From: an uncultured Acidobacteriota bacterium
GTDB taxonomy: Bacteria; Acidobacteriota; UBA6911
Direction: 5' to 3'
Length of the DNA: 64,000 bases
Assembly: GCA_963843575.1 (NCBI GenBank)
Contig: CAWJKZ010000019.1
Span: 224,001 to 288,000 of the forward strand
The notes beneath the pieces were generated by a model. That model had not been told where the DNA came from. It did no database searches and saw only the letters and a list, made by a program, of their open reading frames with translations. Positions within the stretch are counted from its first letter, which is position 1. The number at the start of each line of letters is the position of its first letter. A program made the translations under genes and the position numbers. Shown here one piece after another: positions 50,652 to 60,416 of this stretch.

Positions 50652-53600
50652 ATGACAGAGGATAAGGATCGCCCTACGGCAGAACGCCCCTCCGGGCCAA
50701 CGCCAGACGCCTCACTTGTCGATGATGAAGGGGAAACGGTGTCGGATCGGGACGTCGCGCCGGACACGGAAGAGAATCGCACGCGGTCGTTCCCCGTCGT
50801 TGGCATCGGCGCCTCTGCCGGGGGGCTCGAGGCGTTCACGCGGCTCCTGCAGCACCTTCCCGTCGATACCGGTATGGCCTTTGTTTTTGTCCAGCACCTG
50901 GCTCCCCAGCACTCCAGCATGCTGGCCTCTTTGTTGTCGCGAACGACCACGATGCCGGTCATGGAGGTTCAGCATGGGACGCCGGTTCAACCCAACCACG
51001 TATACGTAATCCCGCCCAATACTCTCATGAGCATCGCGGACACCGTCCTTGAACTGGAGCCTCGCCCCGACGAGCGCGGTGCACCAAGGCCGATCGACCA
51101 TTTCTTCCATTCCCTGGCGGCGGACCGGAAGGGGAGCGGGGTTGGCGTGATCCTCTCCGGTGCGGACTCCGATGGGGCTTTGGGCCTGCAGGCGATTCGC
51201 GGGGAGGGTGGCATCACCATCGTTCAGAGCGAAACCTCGGCAAGACACGCCGACATGCCGCGGGCAGCTATCGCTGCCGGAACAGTGGACATGATCCTGT
51301 CCCCTGAAGAGATTGGCGGTGAGTTGGCGCGGATCACCCGGCACCTATCCACAATCGGACGAAATACTGCAGACGATTCCCGAAAGTGTCCCGGTGACGA
51401 GTCTCAACTGAACAGGATCTTCGCACTCTTGCGGAGGGCGACAGGAGTCGATTTTCGCGGATACAAGCGCGGAACGGTGTGGCGACGCATCACTCGTCGC
51501 ATGATCCCGCGACGCCTGGAGGATATTGAGACCTACATAACCTATCTCGAATCAAATCCTTCGGAGCTGCCGGCCTTGCATGATGACATCCTCATCAATG
51601 TCACCGGTTTCTTCCGCGACCCCGAGGTTTTCCAGGCCTTCGAAAATGAAATTCTGCCCCGACTGGTGCACAAACGGGCGAGCGCTGTGCCCTTGCGTGT
51701 CTGGGTACCGGGCTGTTCGACAGGAGAGGAGGTCTACTCCATCGCGATGTGCCTGGCCGAATCGATTGGCGGCCTCCCTGCCCCATTCCCAATCCAGATC
51801 TTTGGCACCGACCTCAGCGAACGGGCGATTGCGATTGCCCGGAGTGCAATTTACTCGGAGGTCCAATTGGCCGGAGTCTCGCCCGAGCGGCGGGCACGCT
51901 TTTTCGCCAGCGTCGAGAACGGCTGGCAGATCGTCAAATCGGTTCGTGAAATGGGCGTTTTCGCGCGCCAGAACGTGTGCGTCGACCCGCCCTTTTCCCG
52001 CCTCGACCTGATAAGCTGCCGGAACACGCTGATCTATCTCGAGCCTGTCTTGCAGCGCCAGGTGGCCGCTACCTTTCACTATGCGTTGAGACCTAACGGG
52101 TACCTTATGCTGGGTCGTTCGGAGGGCTTGCGTGGCTTCCCGGACCTGTTCTCGGTCATAGACAAGCAGCACAAGTTTTACGCCAGAAGGCCCAGTCGTG
52201 GCCAGGTGAGCACGGAATTGATCACCCGCGGATTTGCCGGTGAACAGCCCGCAACAATCCCATCCCTGCCGTCAGCCCCGAAGGAGAGGTCATTTGAGAC
52301 GGAGCTTGAAAAAGAAGCCGAGCGCATTGTTTGGAGTGAACACGCGCCGGCCTGGGTGATTGTGAACGAAAGGCTCGAGATCATCCACTCCCGTGGGGAC
52401 ACGAGTCCTTATCTGAAACTCGCGCAGGGACGAGCGACACTCGAACTCCTTAAAATGGTGCGGGAAAGCATTCGGGGCGAGTTGCGGGCGCTCCTGACAA
52501 GGGCGAAGGACGAGGATGGTCCGGTCCAGGCGGCCGTCTGGCGAGAAAAGGAGGGCGGCGAAATCGGCGGTGTCGGGTTGGAGGTACGCCGTATAGCGGG
52601 CTCCACGAAACAGGAGGGCTGCTTTCTGGTCCTGTTTTTGGACCGCAGGGTCGTCGGGGCGCCCGCATCGGCGGCGCGATCCGGAAGGAAGCGAGCACAC
52701 GGTGAGACCATGTCCGGCACAGCTGAGGTGGAGCGGCTCCGGCAAGAGCTCGTCCTCACGAGCCAACGGCTCCAATCCATGATTGACGAGCGCGACGCGG
52801 CCAACCAGGATCTCACCTCCGCAAACGAAGAGATTCAGTCGAGCAACGAGGAACTGCAGAGTATCAACGAGGAACTCGAGACCTCAAAGGAAGAACTGCA
52901 GTCGAGCGTTGAGGAACTGAACACGATCAATGCGGAGATGGAGAACCGGAATCAGGAGCTGAACAACCTCAGCGACGACCTGGCCAATATTCTGAGAAGC
53001 GCATCGATGCCGATGCTTGTGATTGACAACGACCTCCGCATCAAACGGCTCACGACCTCGGCCGAGCGCTTCCTCAACTTCCGGTCGAGCGACCTCGGCC
53101 GGCCGATCGCGGATATTCGGACGCCTCTCAGTATGGAGGCACTGGAGCCGATGGTGCGGCGGGTGCTCGAGACACTGAATCCCGAAGAAATGGAGTTGCA
53201 GGATCGCGACGGACGCTGGCACATGCTCCACGTTCGTCCTTATCGGACGTCCGACAACCGGATGGACGGCGCTGTCCTGGTCCTGGTTGACATCGACCAG
53301 GAGCGGCGCGCGTTAATCGCAGCGGAGGCTGCGCGTCAGTTTGCCGAGTCGGTGATAGAGTCGGTTCAAACGCCTCTTCTGGTGCTGTGGAGCGATTTGC
53401 GGGTCCGATTGGCAAACCGGGCCTTCTTCCGCTCGTATGGCTTACAGCCCGCCGACGTCGAGAATCGGTTTTTGTATATGGTGAGCGGCGACCGGTGGAA
53501 CCTGCCTGGCCTGAGAACCGCCCTGGGGCGGCTCTCAGCGGACCAGGAGTCCGTCGATGCTCTCGAATTCGAACAGGAGTATCCCGGATCGGGCAAGAGG

Positions 53601-54503
53601 ACGCTCCTGATCACTGCACGCAGGATCCAGCCGGACGAGGAGCATCAGATACTCCTAGCAATCGAGGACGTCACGGCCCAGAGGCAGGCAGAATCTGTTC
53701 TGCGCACAGAGCAGGAACGGCTGAGGCGCACCGTGCAGAAAGGCGCAGCGGAGCTGGAGAGGACTAGCGAGAGTTTGCGAACCGAAGCTTCGGAAAGAGA
53801 GCGGGCGGAAACGGCCCTGCATCAGAGTGAGGGGGACCTGCTCCACACACGTGAAGAGCTGCGCGCACTGACCGCGAGTCTGCTGACGAGCCAGGAAGAA
53901 GAGCGCCGCCGGGTTTCCAGGGAGCTGCATGACGACTTGAGCCAGAAATTGGCCAAGTTGCAGTTTGACGTGGAGACGCTTGAAAAGCAACTCCCCTCCG
54001 ATCTGACGGACGGGAAGAGACGCCTCCAGAGCATCCGCGACGAGGTCGCTGTCCTTTCCAACGACCTGCGCAGGATCGCGTACGAACTTCATCCGTCGAT
54101 GCTGGATCATCTCGGCCTCCCGGTCGCATTACGGGCCTTCAGCCGCGAGTTTTCCGAGCGCGAGGGGATTCCGGTCAGGTTCAAAGCTCGTAAAGTGCCG
54201 GAACAAATCTCGCCGGAGGTTGCGAGCGCTCTTTATCGAATCACCCAGGAAGCCCTGCGCAACGTCGCCAAGCACGCCGGGAAGACAACCGTGAAAATCA
54301 CGCTGACGGGAGGTCCAAACGAGGTATCGCTGTCGATTCGGGACGATGGCATCGGCTTCGATTCCCACTCGGTGCACGATAAACGCGGACTGGGGCTGAT
54401 CAGCATGCAGGAACGGACGAGGCTGCTCCACGGGGAGTTCTCCCTCGAGACATCCCCGGGACACGGCGTGATCCTTACGATCCGCGTACCCCATATTGTT
54501 TGA
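50652..54503 (+). CDS. CheB-CheR-PAS-histidine kinase (HisKA_3) fusion
   Basis: GASAGG, QHL, VPGCSTGEE, ISCRN, the NEELQS coiled coil, PAS domains, RELHD, QEALRNVAKHA, DDGIGFD. Confidence 0.92.
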   Translation: MTEDKDRPTAERPSGPTPDASLVDDEGETVSDRDVAPDTEENRTRSFPVVGIGASAGGLEAFTRLLQHLPVDTGMAFVFVQHLAPQHSSMLASLLSRTTTMPVMEVQHGTPVQPNHVYVIPPNTLMSIADTVLELEPRPDERGAPRPIDHFFHSLAADRKGSGVGVILSGADSDGALGLQAIRGEGGITIVQSETSARHADMPRAAIAAGTVDMILSPEEIGGELARITRHLSTIGRNTADDSRKCPGDESQLNRIFALLRRATGVDFRGYKRGTVWRRITRRMIPRRLEDIETYITYLESNPSELPALHDDILINVTGFFRDPEVFQAFENEILPRLVHKRASAVPLRVWVPGCSTGEEVYSIAMCLAESIGGLPAPFPIQIFGTDLSERAIAIARSAIYSEVQLAGVSPERRARFFASVENGWQIVKSVREMGVFARQNVCVDPPFSRLDLISCRNTLIYLEPVLQRQVAATFHYALRPNGYLMLGRSEGLRGFPDLFSVIDKQHKFYARRPSRGQVSTELITRGFAGEQPATIPSLPSAPKERSFETELEKEAERIVWSEHAPAWVIVNERLEIIHSRGDTSPYLKLAQGRATLELLKMVRESIRGELRALLTRAKDEDGPVQAAVWREKEGGEIGGVGLEVRRIAGSTKQEGCFLVLFLDRRVVGAPASAARSGRKRAHGETMSGTAEVERLRQELVLTSQRLQSMIDERDAANQDLTSANEEIQSSNEELQSINEELETSKEELQSSVEELNTINAEMENRNQELNNLSDDLANILRSASMPMLVIDNDLRIKRLTTSAERFLNFRSSDLGRPIADIRTPLSMEALEPMVRRVLETLNPEEMELQDRDGRWHMLHVRPYRTSDNRMDGAVLVLVDIDQERRALIAAEAARQFAESVIESVQTPLLVLWSDLRVRLANRAFFRSYGLQPADVENRFLYMVSGDRWNLPGLRTALGRLSADQESVDALEFEQEYPGSGKRTLLITARRIQPDEEHQILLAIEDVTAQRQAESVLRTEQERLRRTVQKGAAELERTSESLRTEASERERAETALHQSEGDLLHTREELRALTASLLTSQEEERRRVSRELHDDLSQKLAKLQFDVETLEKQLPSDLTDGKRRLQSIRDEVAVLSNDLRRIAYELHPSMLDHLGLPVALRAFSREFSEREGIPVRFKARKVPEQISPEVASALYRITQEALRNVAKHAGKTTVKITLTGGPNEVSLSIRDDGIGFDSHSVHDKRGLGLISMQERTRLLHGEFSLETSPGHGVILTIRVPHIV

Positions 54504-54516
54504 ACAAGGAGCCTGT

Positions 54517-55170
54517 ATGCGACGACCGCGCCTGCTGCTTGCCGATGATCACACATTGCTGCTCGAGGGAATCCGGCTCTTGCTGGAGCCGGAGTTTGAG
54601 CTGGTAGGCAGCGTAGAGGACGGGCGTGCGCTTCTGGAGGCCGCCAAAGATCTCAAGCCCGATGTCATTCTTCTCGATATTTCAATGCCGATTCTGAATG
54701 GAATCGATGCAGCGTACCGGCTCCGGAAGCTTGTGCCATCAGCCAGAGTGATTTTTCTCACAATGCATGCGGATGCAGACTATGTGGCAGAAGCGTTTCG
54801 GGCGGGCGCAGCCGGCTACCTTCTGAAGCGGGCAGCAGCCTCGGAGTTGCTCACCGCAATCCGCGAAGTGATGAAGGGTCATCATTATGTAAGCCCGTTG
54901 GTTACCCGGAATGCCCTGGAAGTGCTGGTCAAATCATCGAAATCGCCGGGCAAGTTCGCACATGCCCTGACTCCGCGCCAGCGCGAAGTCCTGCAACTGG
55001 TGGCCGAAGGCCGAAGTCGGAAAGAAATAGCGGCGATCCTGAACATTTCCGTGAAAACAGTGGAGTTTCACAAGGCGGCAATCGGAGAGAAACTCAACCT
55101 GCGGACTGTTGCGGATTTCACGCGCTATGCCATCGAGCACGGCATCGTTGCGACGGACCGGACCTCTTGA
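54517..55170 (+). CDS. NarL/LuxR-family response regulator
   Basis: LADDH, LLDISMP, GYLLK, LTPRQREVL, ISVKTVEFH. Confidence 0.93.
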   Translation: MRRPRLLLADDHTLLLEGIRLLLEPEFELVGSVEDGRALLEAAKDLKPDVILLDISMPILNGIDAAYRLRKLVPSARVIFLTMHADADYVAEAFRAGAAGYLLKRAAASELLTAIREVMKGHHYVSPLVTRNALEVLVKSSKSPGKFAHALTPRQREVLQLVAEGRSRKEIAAILNISVKTVEFHKAAIGEKLNLRTVADFTRYAIEHGIVATDRTS

Positions 55171-55496
55171 GCGGCACGAGGGGCCTCTTCGAGACCCGCA
55201 AGGGAGGCCCGGCGGTCAAAGGCATAGGTGCCCCGGGTCCTGCTGAGACCGTGGCCAGGTCGGCGCTCCGCACACGCAGCGATCCGAAACCCGGGCGCTT
55301 TCCTTTCAAAACCTAGGCACTCGCCCAGTTCCCCTCATGCGCGCCTCATTGTAACCTTGCCCTGATTAAACGCCGAACTTCACGTACTCCCACCCTTGTT
55401 TGCTCGCGACGCGAAAAGGGTGAAGGTACTCATGTTGGACAGCTTCACGATCTGGATACCGGCAGGACCGAGGTACGTAGCCAGAGGAAAACCCGG

Positions 55497-56684
55497 ATGC
55501 GCTCTGATCGCCCTCTCGAGAAGGACTGGCTTTCTGCCACCCTCAAAAGCATCGGGGACGGCGTCGTCGCTACCGACCACGAGGGACGAGTCACGTTCAT
55601 GAATCCGGTGGCGGAATCGCTGACCGGGTGGATTGCGGCAGAGGCGGCCGGCCGACCTCTCGCCGAGGTTTTTTCGATCGTCAGCGAGTCCACGCGCGAA
55701 CCAGTCGACAACCTCGTGGAACGTGTCCTGCGGGAAGACGCCGTCGTCGTGTTCCCCGAACCGACGCTTCTTCTGGCGCGCGACGGTACCGAGCGGCCCG
55801 TCGACGACTCGGCAGCCCCGATACGCGGCGAGAACGGGGAGATCAGCGGCGTCGTGCTGGTTTTCCGGGACGCGACCGCGCGTAAGCGCGCCGAGGCGGA
55901 CCGTGCCGAGGTGCACAGCCAGGAGCGGGTGGCGCTGGCCAAGGCGCTCGACCGAGCAAGGGTCGAATCACTGGCCATGGTGTCTCACGAGCTGCGCACG
56001 CCCCTCAACGCGATCCTGGGCTGGTCGCGCCTGCTGCGCTCCCGGAAACTTGATGAACCGAGAGCCTCCCGTGCGCTCGAGGTCATCGAACGCAACGCAC
56101 AGGCTCAGGCGCAGCTCATCAACGATCTTCTCGACTCCTCCCGTATCGCGACGGGCAACCTTAAGTTAGAGATGCAGGCCGTCGATCTCTCTCGGATTAT
56201 CGAGGATGCAGCCGACTCGCTGTGCCCCGCAGCCGAGGATAAGGGCTTGGCCCTGGATCTCGATCTCCCGCCGTCGGCAAGCTCCGTTCGCGGAGATGCC
56301 AACCGTCTCCGCCAGGTGCTGTGGAATCTGCTGTCGAACGCCATCCGCTTCACCCCAGAAGGCGGCCGGATAAAGATGGTGCTTCGATACACCAGCTCCG
56401 ACGCGCGGATCTCCATTGCGGATACGGGCCAGGGAATCCGCGCCGCTTTCAGACCTCACATGTTCGAACGGTTCAGCCAGGATGACCGCACCGCGACGCG
56501 GGCGCATGACGGTTTTGGCCTCGGTCTAGCAATTGTTCGCGAAATCGTGGAACAGCACGGGGGCAAAGTACAGGTTGAGAGCGTTGAAGGACAGGGAACC
56601 ACCTTCAATCTCACTTTGCCGCTGAACCCCGCCTTCAGGTTGCCGAATTGGGAGTCTGAGAAATCCCGGTTGTCAGCGTTGTGA
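55497..56684 (+). CDS. Cytoplasmic PAS-domain histidine kinase
   Basis: SIGDGV..TD..G, SHELRTPLN, NLLSNA, DTGQGI, GLGL. Confidence 0.9.
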   Translation: MRSDRPLEKDWLSATLKSIGDGVVATDHEGRVTFMNPVAESLTGWIAAEAAGRPLAEVFSIVSESTREPVDNLVERVLREDAVVVFPEPTLLLARDGTERPVDDSAAPIRGENGEISGVVLVFRDATARKRAEADRAEVHSQERVALAKALDRARVESLAMVSHELRTPLNAILGWSRLLRSRKLDEPRASRALEVIERNAQAQAQLINDLLDSSRIATGNLKLEMQAVDLSRIIEDAADSLCPAAEDKGLALDLDLPPSASSVRGDANRLRQVLWNLLSNAIRFTPEGGRIKMVLRYTSSDARISIADTGQGIRAAFRPHMFERFSQDDRTATRAHDGFGLGLAIVREIVEQHGGKVQVESVEGQGTTFNLTLPLNPAFRLPNWESEKSRLSAL

Positions 56685-56705
56685 GCGCCGAGGCCCGAGC
56701 GCTCA

Positions 56706-56790
56706 CTGCGGCGTTGCCACTCCTCGACGATGTCCCCACATCGCCTGCGTCGCGGCGCCTTGCATCTGCCCGCCCGGGGCTCGCGCCAAA
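56706..56790. repeat. ~85-bp structured intergenic repeat (MITE/REP-like), copy 1
   Basis: ctgcggcgttgcc.ctcctcgacgatgtc.ccacatcgcctgc.tcgcggcgccttgcatctgcccgcccgg.gctcgcgccaaa, near-identical to 61651..61735. Confidence 0.85.
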
Positions 56791-56913
56791 GTGGGCCTGT
56801 TATTCTGTGACAGACCCTATGGCCACGGCAGGTCCCATTCCTCCCGTTCGTCTTCCGCGGGAGCGATCGGAGGCGCTCTCGACGGCAGGTCCATGCCTGG
56901 CCCGCAAAGTCGG

Positions 56914-57789
56914 TCAGGATGCCACGCCCGTGATCTTCGCCACGCGCCGGATCACCCCGGAATCAACCGTCAGCCCTGTCCGCGAGATGGTCTGGAAGTG
57001 AAGCTCATCGCCGGCTATTTCGACGAGCATGAATGAACGGTCCTGGTCGTACCCGACCGCGGTCAGGTCCGTCTTCCTCAGATTGCCCTTCCGCAACGAG
57101 CCCGAAGCTCCTTCGGTGAAATAGCAGATGCCATTTTGCGGCTTCACGCGCTCATAAACGTGCTCGTGTCCGGCGAAGACGACCTGCACCCCGTATTTTA
57201 CGAACAGGGGTTCCAGCAGAAGGCGGAGTTCGGTCGAAGAGCCATGGAAGGCCCCGGAAGAATAGAGCGGGTGATGGAAATAGCAGATTTTCCAGTCCGA
57301 CCCTGAGTTCTGCAGCTCCTTCTCCAGCCACGAGAGCTGCTGCGGGTTCATGTAATTGCTGTCCAGAGCGAAGAAGCGGACGTTGCTCTTCTTGTACGTG
57401 TAATATTTCTGCCCGTTCATGTTGAAAGACTTATAGAACCGCTCGTTGGGGCTGTCGTGGTTGCCGAGCACTGCGTAGAATTTTACGCCCGCATCGAGCA
57501 AGAGCTTGTAGGGCCGCTCGAACTTGCTTTCGTAGTCGCTCGGGTCGCTCCCGCCATAGAGGTTGTCGCCCAGCGCAATCACGAACTCAAAGGGAAATTT
57601 CAGGCGATCCTTAATCATCTGCCCGGCCACTTCATATTGCGGCTTCTCTCCCGTCCCCATGTCGCCGATGACCGCAAAGCGCACCGAGTCCGGTTTCAGC
57701 GGCAGGGCCAGGTTCTGGGCGTAGAGCGACAGGCTTATTGCGGCGAGAGCAACACAGGAGAGAAAAACGGAGCGGCGCATAGCAGGCAT
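56914..57789 (-). CDS. Exported calcineurin-like metallophosphoesterase
   Basis: Signal peptide, GDMG, GDNLY, GNHD, HHP.YSSG, GHEH.YER. Confidence 0.9.
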   Translation of the reverse strand: MPAMRRSVFLSCVALAAISLSLYAQNLALPLKPDSVRFAVIGDMGTGEKPQYEVAGQMIKDRLKFPFEFVIALGDNLYGGSDPSDYESKFERPYKLLLDAGVKFYAVLGNHDSPNERFYKSFNMNGQKYYTYKKSNVRFFALDSNYMNPQQLSWLEKELQNSGSDWKICYFHHPLYSSGAFHGSSTELRLLLEPLFVKYGVQVVFAGHEHVYERVKPQNGICYFTEGASGSLRKGNLRKTDLTAVGYDQDRSFMLVEIAGDELHFQTISRTGLTVDSGVIRRVAKITGVAS

Positions 57790-57800
57790 AATAGAAAGCC

Positions 57801-58385
57801 TCAACGAATGGCGTTCGGGATGAGATCCACAATCAAACGGGCTTCAGTGTCCTGCAACGTCAGGTCGTGCCCGACGATCCGATACGCCAGCTCCTGGGGC
57901 AGTTCAGGCAGCTTGAGCAATAAAGTCGGCGGCGTGGTCGTCAACGGGATCTCTTCCGGGTACACGTCGTTCACATGCAGAACGACAATCTTAGACGGGC
58001 TGTCCGGGCGGATCGTCTTGCGCGCGAGCCGGCCTTCGGGTCCGTGAAATGTCCTGCCGATGATTTTGCGGAACCGCTCAGTCACCTCGGGAGTGAAGAT
58101 GTCACCCTGACGTGCGTCGCGGCGCGCGTCGGCGATTTTCCTGGCCAGCGCGTGCTGGTGTTCGATAATCTGCGCCGCGTCGTTCGTAGGATTCAGGGCC
58201 GGCAGTGAAGCTTTCAGGTCTTTCTGCATCTTGACGTATTCCTGGACGCGGTCGGTAAAGATCTTGAAGTCGCGCGCCTCCTCGTTGCCCCGCGGCGTCC
58301 GCGCCTGGTCCGCAAAGCCGGGCCCCATAAACGCAAAAAGGGAAAGCCACAGGAGAAGGCGGGTGACCCGGATTCGGCGCTTCAT
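57801..58385 (-). CDS. Exported hypothetical protein
   Basis: GGAGG RBS, signal peptide and C-terminal LPELPQELAYRIVG...IVD. Confidence 0.75.
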   Translation of the reverse strand: MKRRIRVTRLLLWLSLFAFMGPGFADQARTPRGNEEARDFKIFTDRVQEYVKMQKDLKASLPALNPTNDAAQIIEHQHALARKIADARRDARQGDIFTPEVTERFRKIIGRTFHGPEGRLARKTIRPDSPSKIVVLHVNDVYPEEIPLTTTPPTLLLKLPELPQELAYRIVGHDLTLQDTEARLIVDLIPNAIR

Positions 58386-58599
58386 GGATCCTCCCGGACG
58401 GAAAGTAGGACTGCCGATGCAGAACTGCGGGCTCCGGCTGGTGAGCCTTTACTCTGGCACACGCGGTCCATGGCATGATGGACGAGTGCGCGGGGGAAAT
58501 CGCAACAAGGCTTTGCTTCTATGATAACCGCTCGTGCGAACATGTCGCCCCCCGACATCCGACTCCCAGAAGATCCCAGCCGGCAGTTCGAGGCACACT

Positions 58600-58669
58600 T
58601 CCTTATCCCCTGGGACTAATGCACGTGTCAGTTCAATACTGCTCACAGGTTTGGTCAAAATTGCTCATA
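58600..58669 (-). promoter_or_regulatory. Conserved promoter element, copy D
   Basis: The reverse complement reads tatgagcaattttgacc-N6-gtgagcagtattgaa-ctgaca-N18-gataag. Confidence 0.75.
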
Positions 58670-58754
58670 CCAGTTAATGAGGGGAGAACTACCGTGTGGG
58701 GCCGGTCCCGAGTTTGTGATGGATGCTTCGCAGGGGCTGAGACTCCTCCAGGGA

Positions 58755-59816
58755 TTATTTCACCATTTCTTCGACACGCTCCCGGACCGCTTCCTTCACC
58801 GCTTCCTTGACCGTCTCTTTCACTTCTTGCGGATTCAGACCCGCGCTCCCGGTCTCTGACACCGCCTCTTTGAGCGCTTCTTTCACGATGGGATTCAGCG
58901 GCGACAGCTCCTTGACCAGCGCTTTCATCGCCTTCTTGAGGACTTTGGGTTGGCTTTCGGACTGCTGTTTCTCTCCGACCGGTCTCATCGCCCAATCCGT
59001 TTCAAAAGTCTTGATTAAGCCGTTCACCACTTTCGGTTCACGGACAATAACGCCGACTTCGCGGCGCGAATCCAGTTCGGCCTGGCGCAGGCTCTGGCTG
59101 CCGACAAAGGCCTGATGGCGGTCGCGGATGATCGTGCGCGTGTGCAAGCGCAGCTTGACGAGATTCCGGACTTCCAGACCAGGGCTTCTCTTGCCAACGC
59201 GGCCGATGACTTTGATCTCCACCCCCGCCTTCATCCGCTCGCTGAGGGCGCGCAGCATTTCCGTGTCGGCGATCTTGGGGTCGTAGATGAGAAGCTCCTT
59301 CTTGGCCTTGCGGATAAACGCGGCGAGCAGTTTGCGGGCGTTGGCGGGGCTGACAACAAAAGTATCCAGTGTGGGTGTATAGGGATTTCGCGTGGTATCC
59401 GCCTCGAATAACTTCACCGCTTCCTGGACCAACCTGGCGTTCCTGGTGACGATGCCGAAGCCGCGACTATGGTCGATATCAAGGTGGGTGAAGTTGAAGG
59501 ACAGGACGTAGAGCAGTCGACGGTCGATGATCATCAGCTTGTCGTGATAGCGCACCAGATCGTCGGCGGTTCGCGAAACGGCGACGCCCACTTCGAGCAG
59601 ACGCATCTCGAGCTTGCGCAGGTTTATCTCGCCGCCCCGGTTGGTGTAGGCAATCAACGCGCTCACCGAAACGCCGCGGCCGACCGCAGCCTTCAGCCCC
59701 GCCTCAATCTCGGCGCGGTCGAAACGGAAGATTACGATTTCGATGCTTTTCTTGGCGCTTCTGATTCCCGAAAGCAGCGCCGCGATTCCGTCGTCAGGTT
59801 GGATTAACAGTTTCAC
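58755..59816 (-). CDS. Phospholipase D superfamily protein
   Basis: HDKLMIID...SFN, and a variant second motif HTRTIIRD...GSQS. Confidence 0.85.
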   Translation of the reverse strand: MKLLIQPDDGIAALLSGIRSAKKSIEIVIFRFDRAEIEAGLKAAVGRGVSVSALIAYTNRGGEINLRKLEMRLLEVGVAVSRTADDLVRYHDKLMIIDRRLLYVLSFNFTHLDIDHSRGFGIVTRNARLVQEAVKLFEADTTRNPYTPTLDTFVVSPANARKLLAAFIRKAKKELLIYDPKIADTEMLRALSERMKAGVEIKVIGRVGKRSPGLEVRNLVKLRLHTRTIIRDRHQAFVGSQSLRQAELDSRREVGVIVREPKVVNGLIKTFETDWAMRPVGEKQQSESQPKVLKKAMKALVKELSPLNPIVKEALKEAVSETGSAGLNPQEVKETVKEAVKEAVRERVEEMVK

Positions 59817-60210
59817 GGGCGCTTCACCAGGTGGTCAGGCCGAGTTTTAGGGATCGGAAGGCGTTGCACCTCTCTAAAAGGCTCGGTACACGCTTGGGGG
59901 GCGCCAAGCCGCGAGGTACCGCCAAACCAAGCAACACTTGCACTCCTTCCCCTTGAGTGTCAAGTCAAGAAAGAGCATGTGGGACGTGTGAAACGGGTCA
60001 GGGAAGGGCTCGAAAGCATTGGGGAGGATCTCATCGTCGGCGATGTAAGACTCAAAGGCTCGAGGACTCAATCAAGAACAGGGCAACCGTCCGTGCGGGA
60101 TTCAGGGGGTAGTCCACGACCGATTGGGAGCGAGACTTTCAGCGCGAAGCGCCGACCGCTTTAAGTGGTTCCCGAGGCAAGCCGCCGTCTCTTCCGCAGG
60201 TTCTGGCGAG

Positions 60211-60280
60211 CGTGAGCAATTTTGATCAAGTGTGTGAGCAATACTGGGCTGACACGCGAACTGCCGCCGCGGTATAAGAA
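60211..60280 (+). promoter_or_regulatory. Conserved promoter element, copy C
   Basis: cgtgagcaattttgatc-N6-gtgagcaatactggg-ctgaca-N18-tataag. Confidence 0.75.
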
Positions 60281-60416
60281 GTGTGGCTCGCGCTGCCAGT
60301 GGCAATAGTGGTGCAGCGCATTACCCTATCTCGCCGCAAGATTCACCGAATTGCGCTCGCGGGCAGCTGTGCGGCAAACCGAGGAATCGGACTGCGCTTT
60401 TTCTTGAGGAGGGACC

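Noticed and set aside
46781-60280. The four-copy motif as a CRISPR array or mobile element
   Set aside because: The copies are dispersed, oriented toward gene starts, lack terminal inverted repeats and have no cas or transposase gene nearby.
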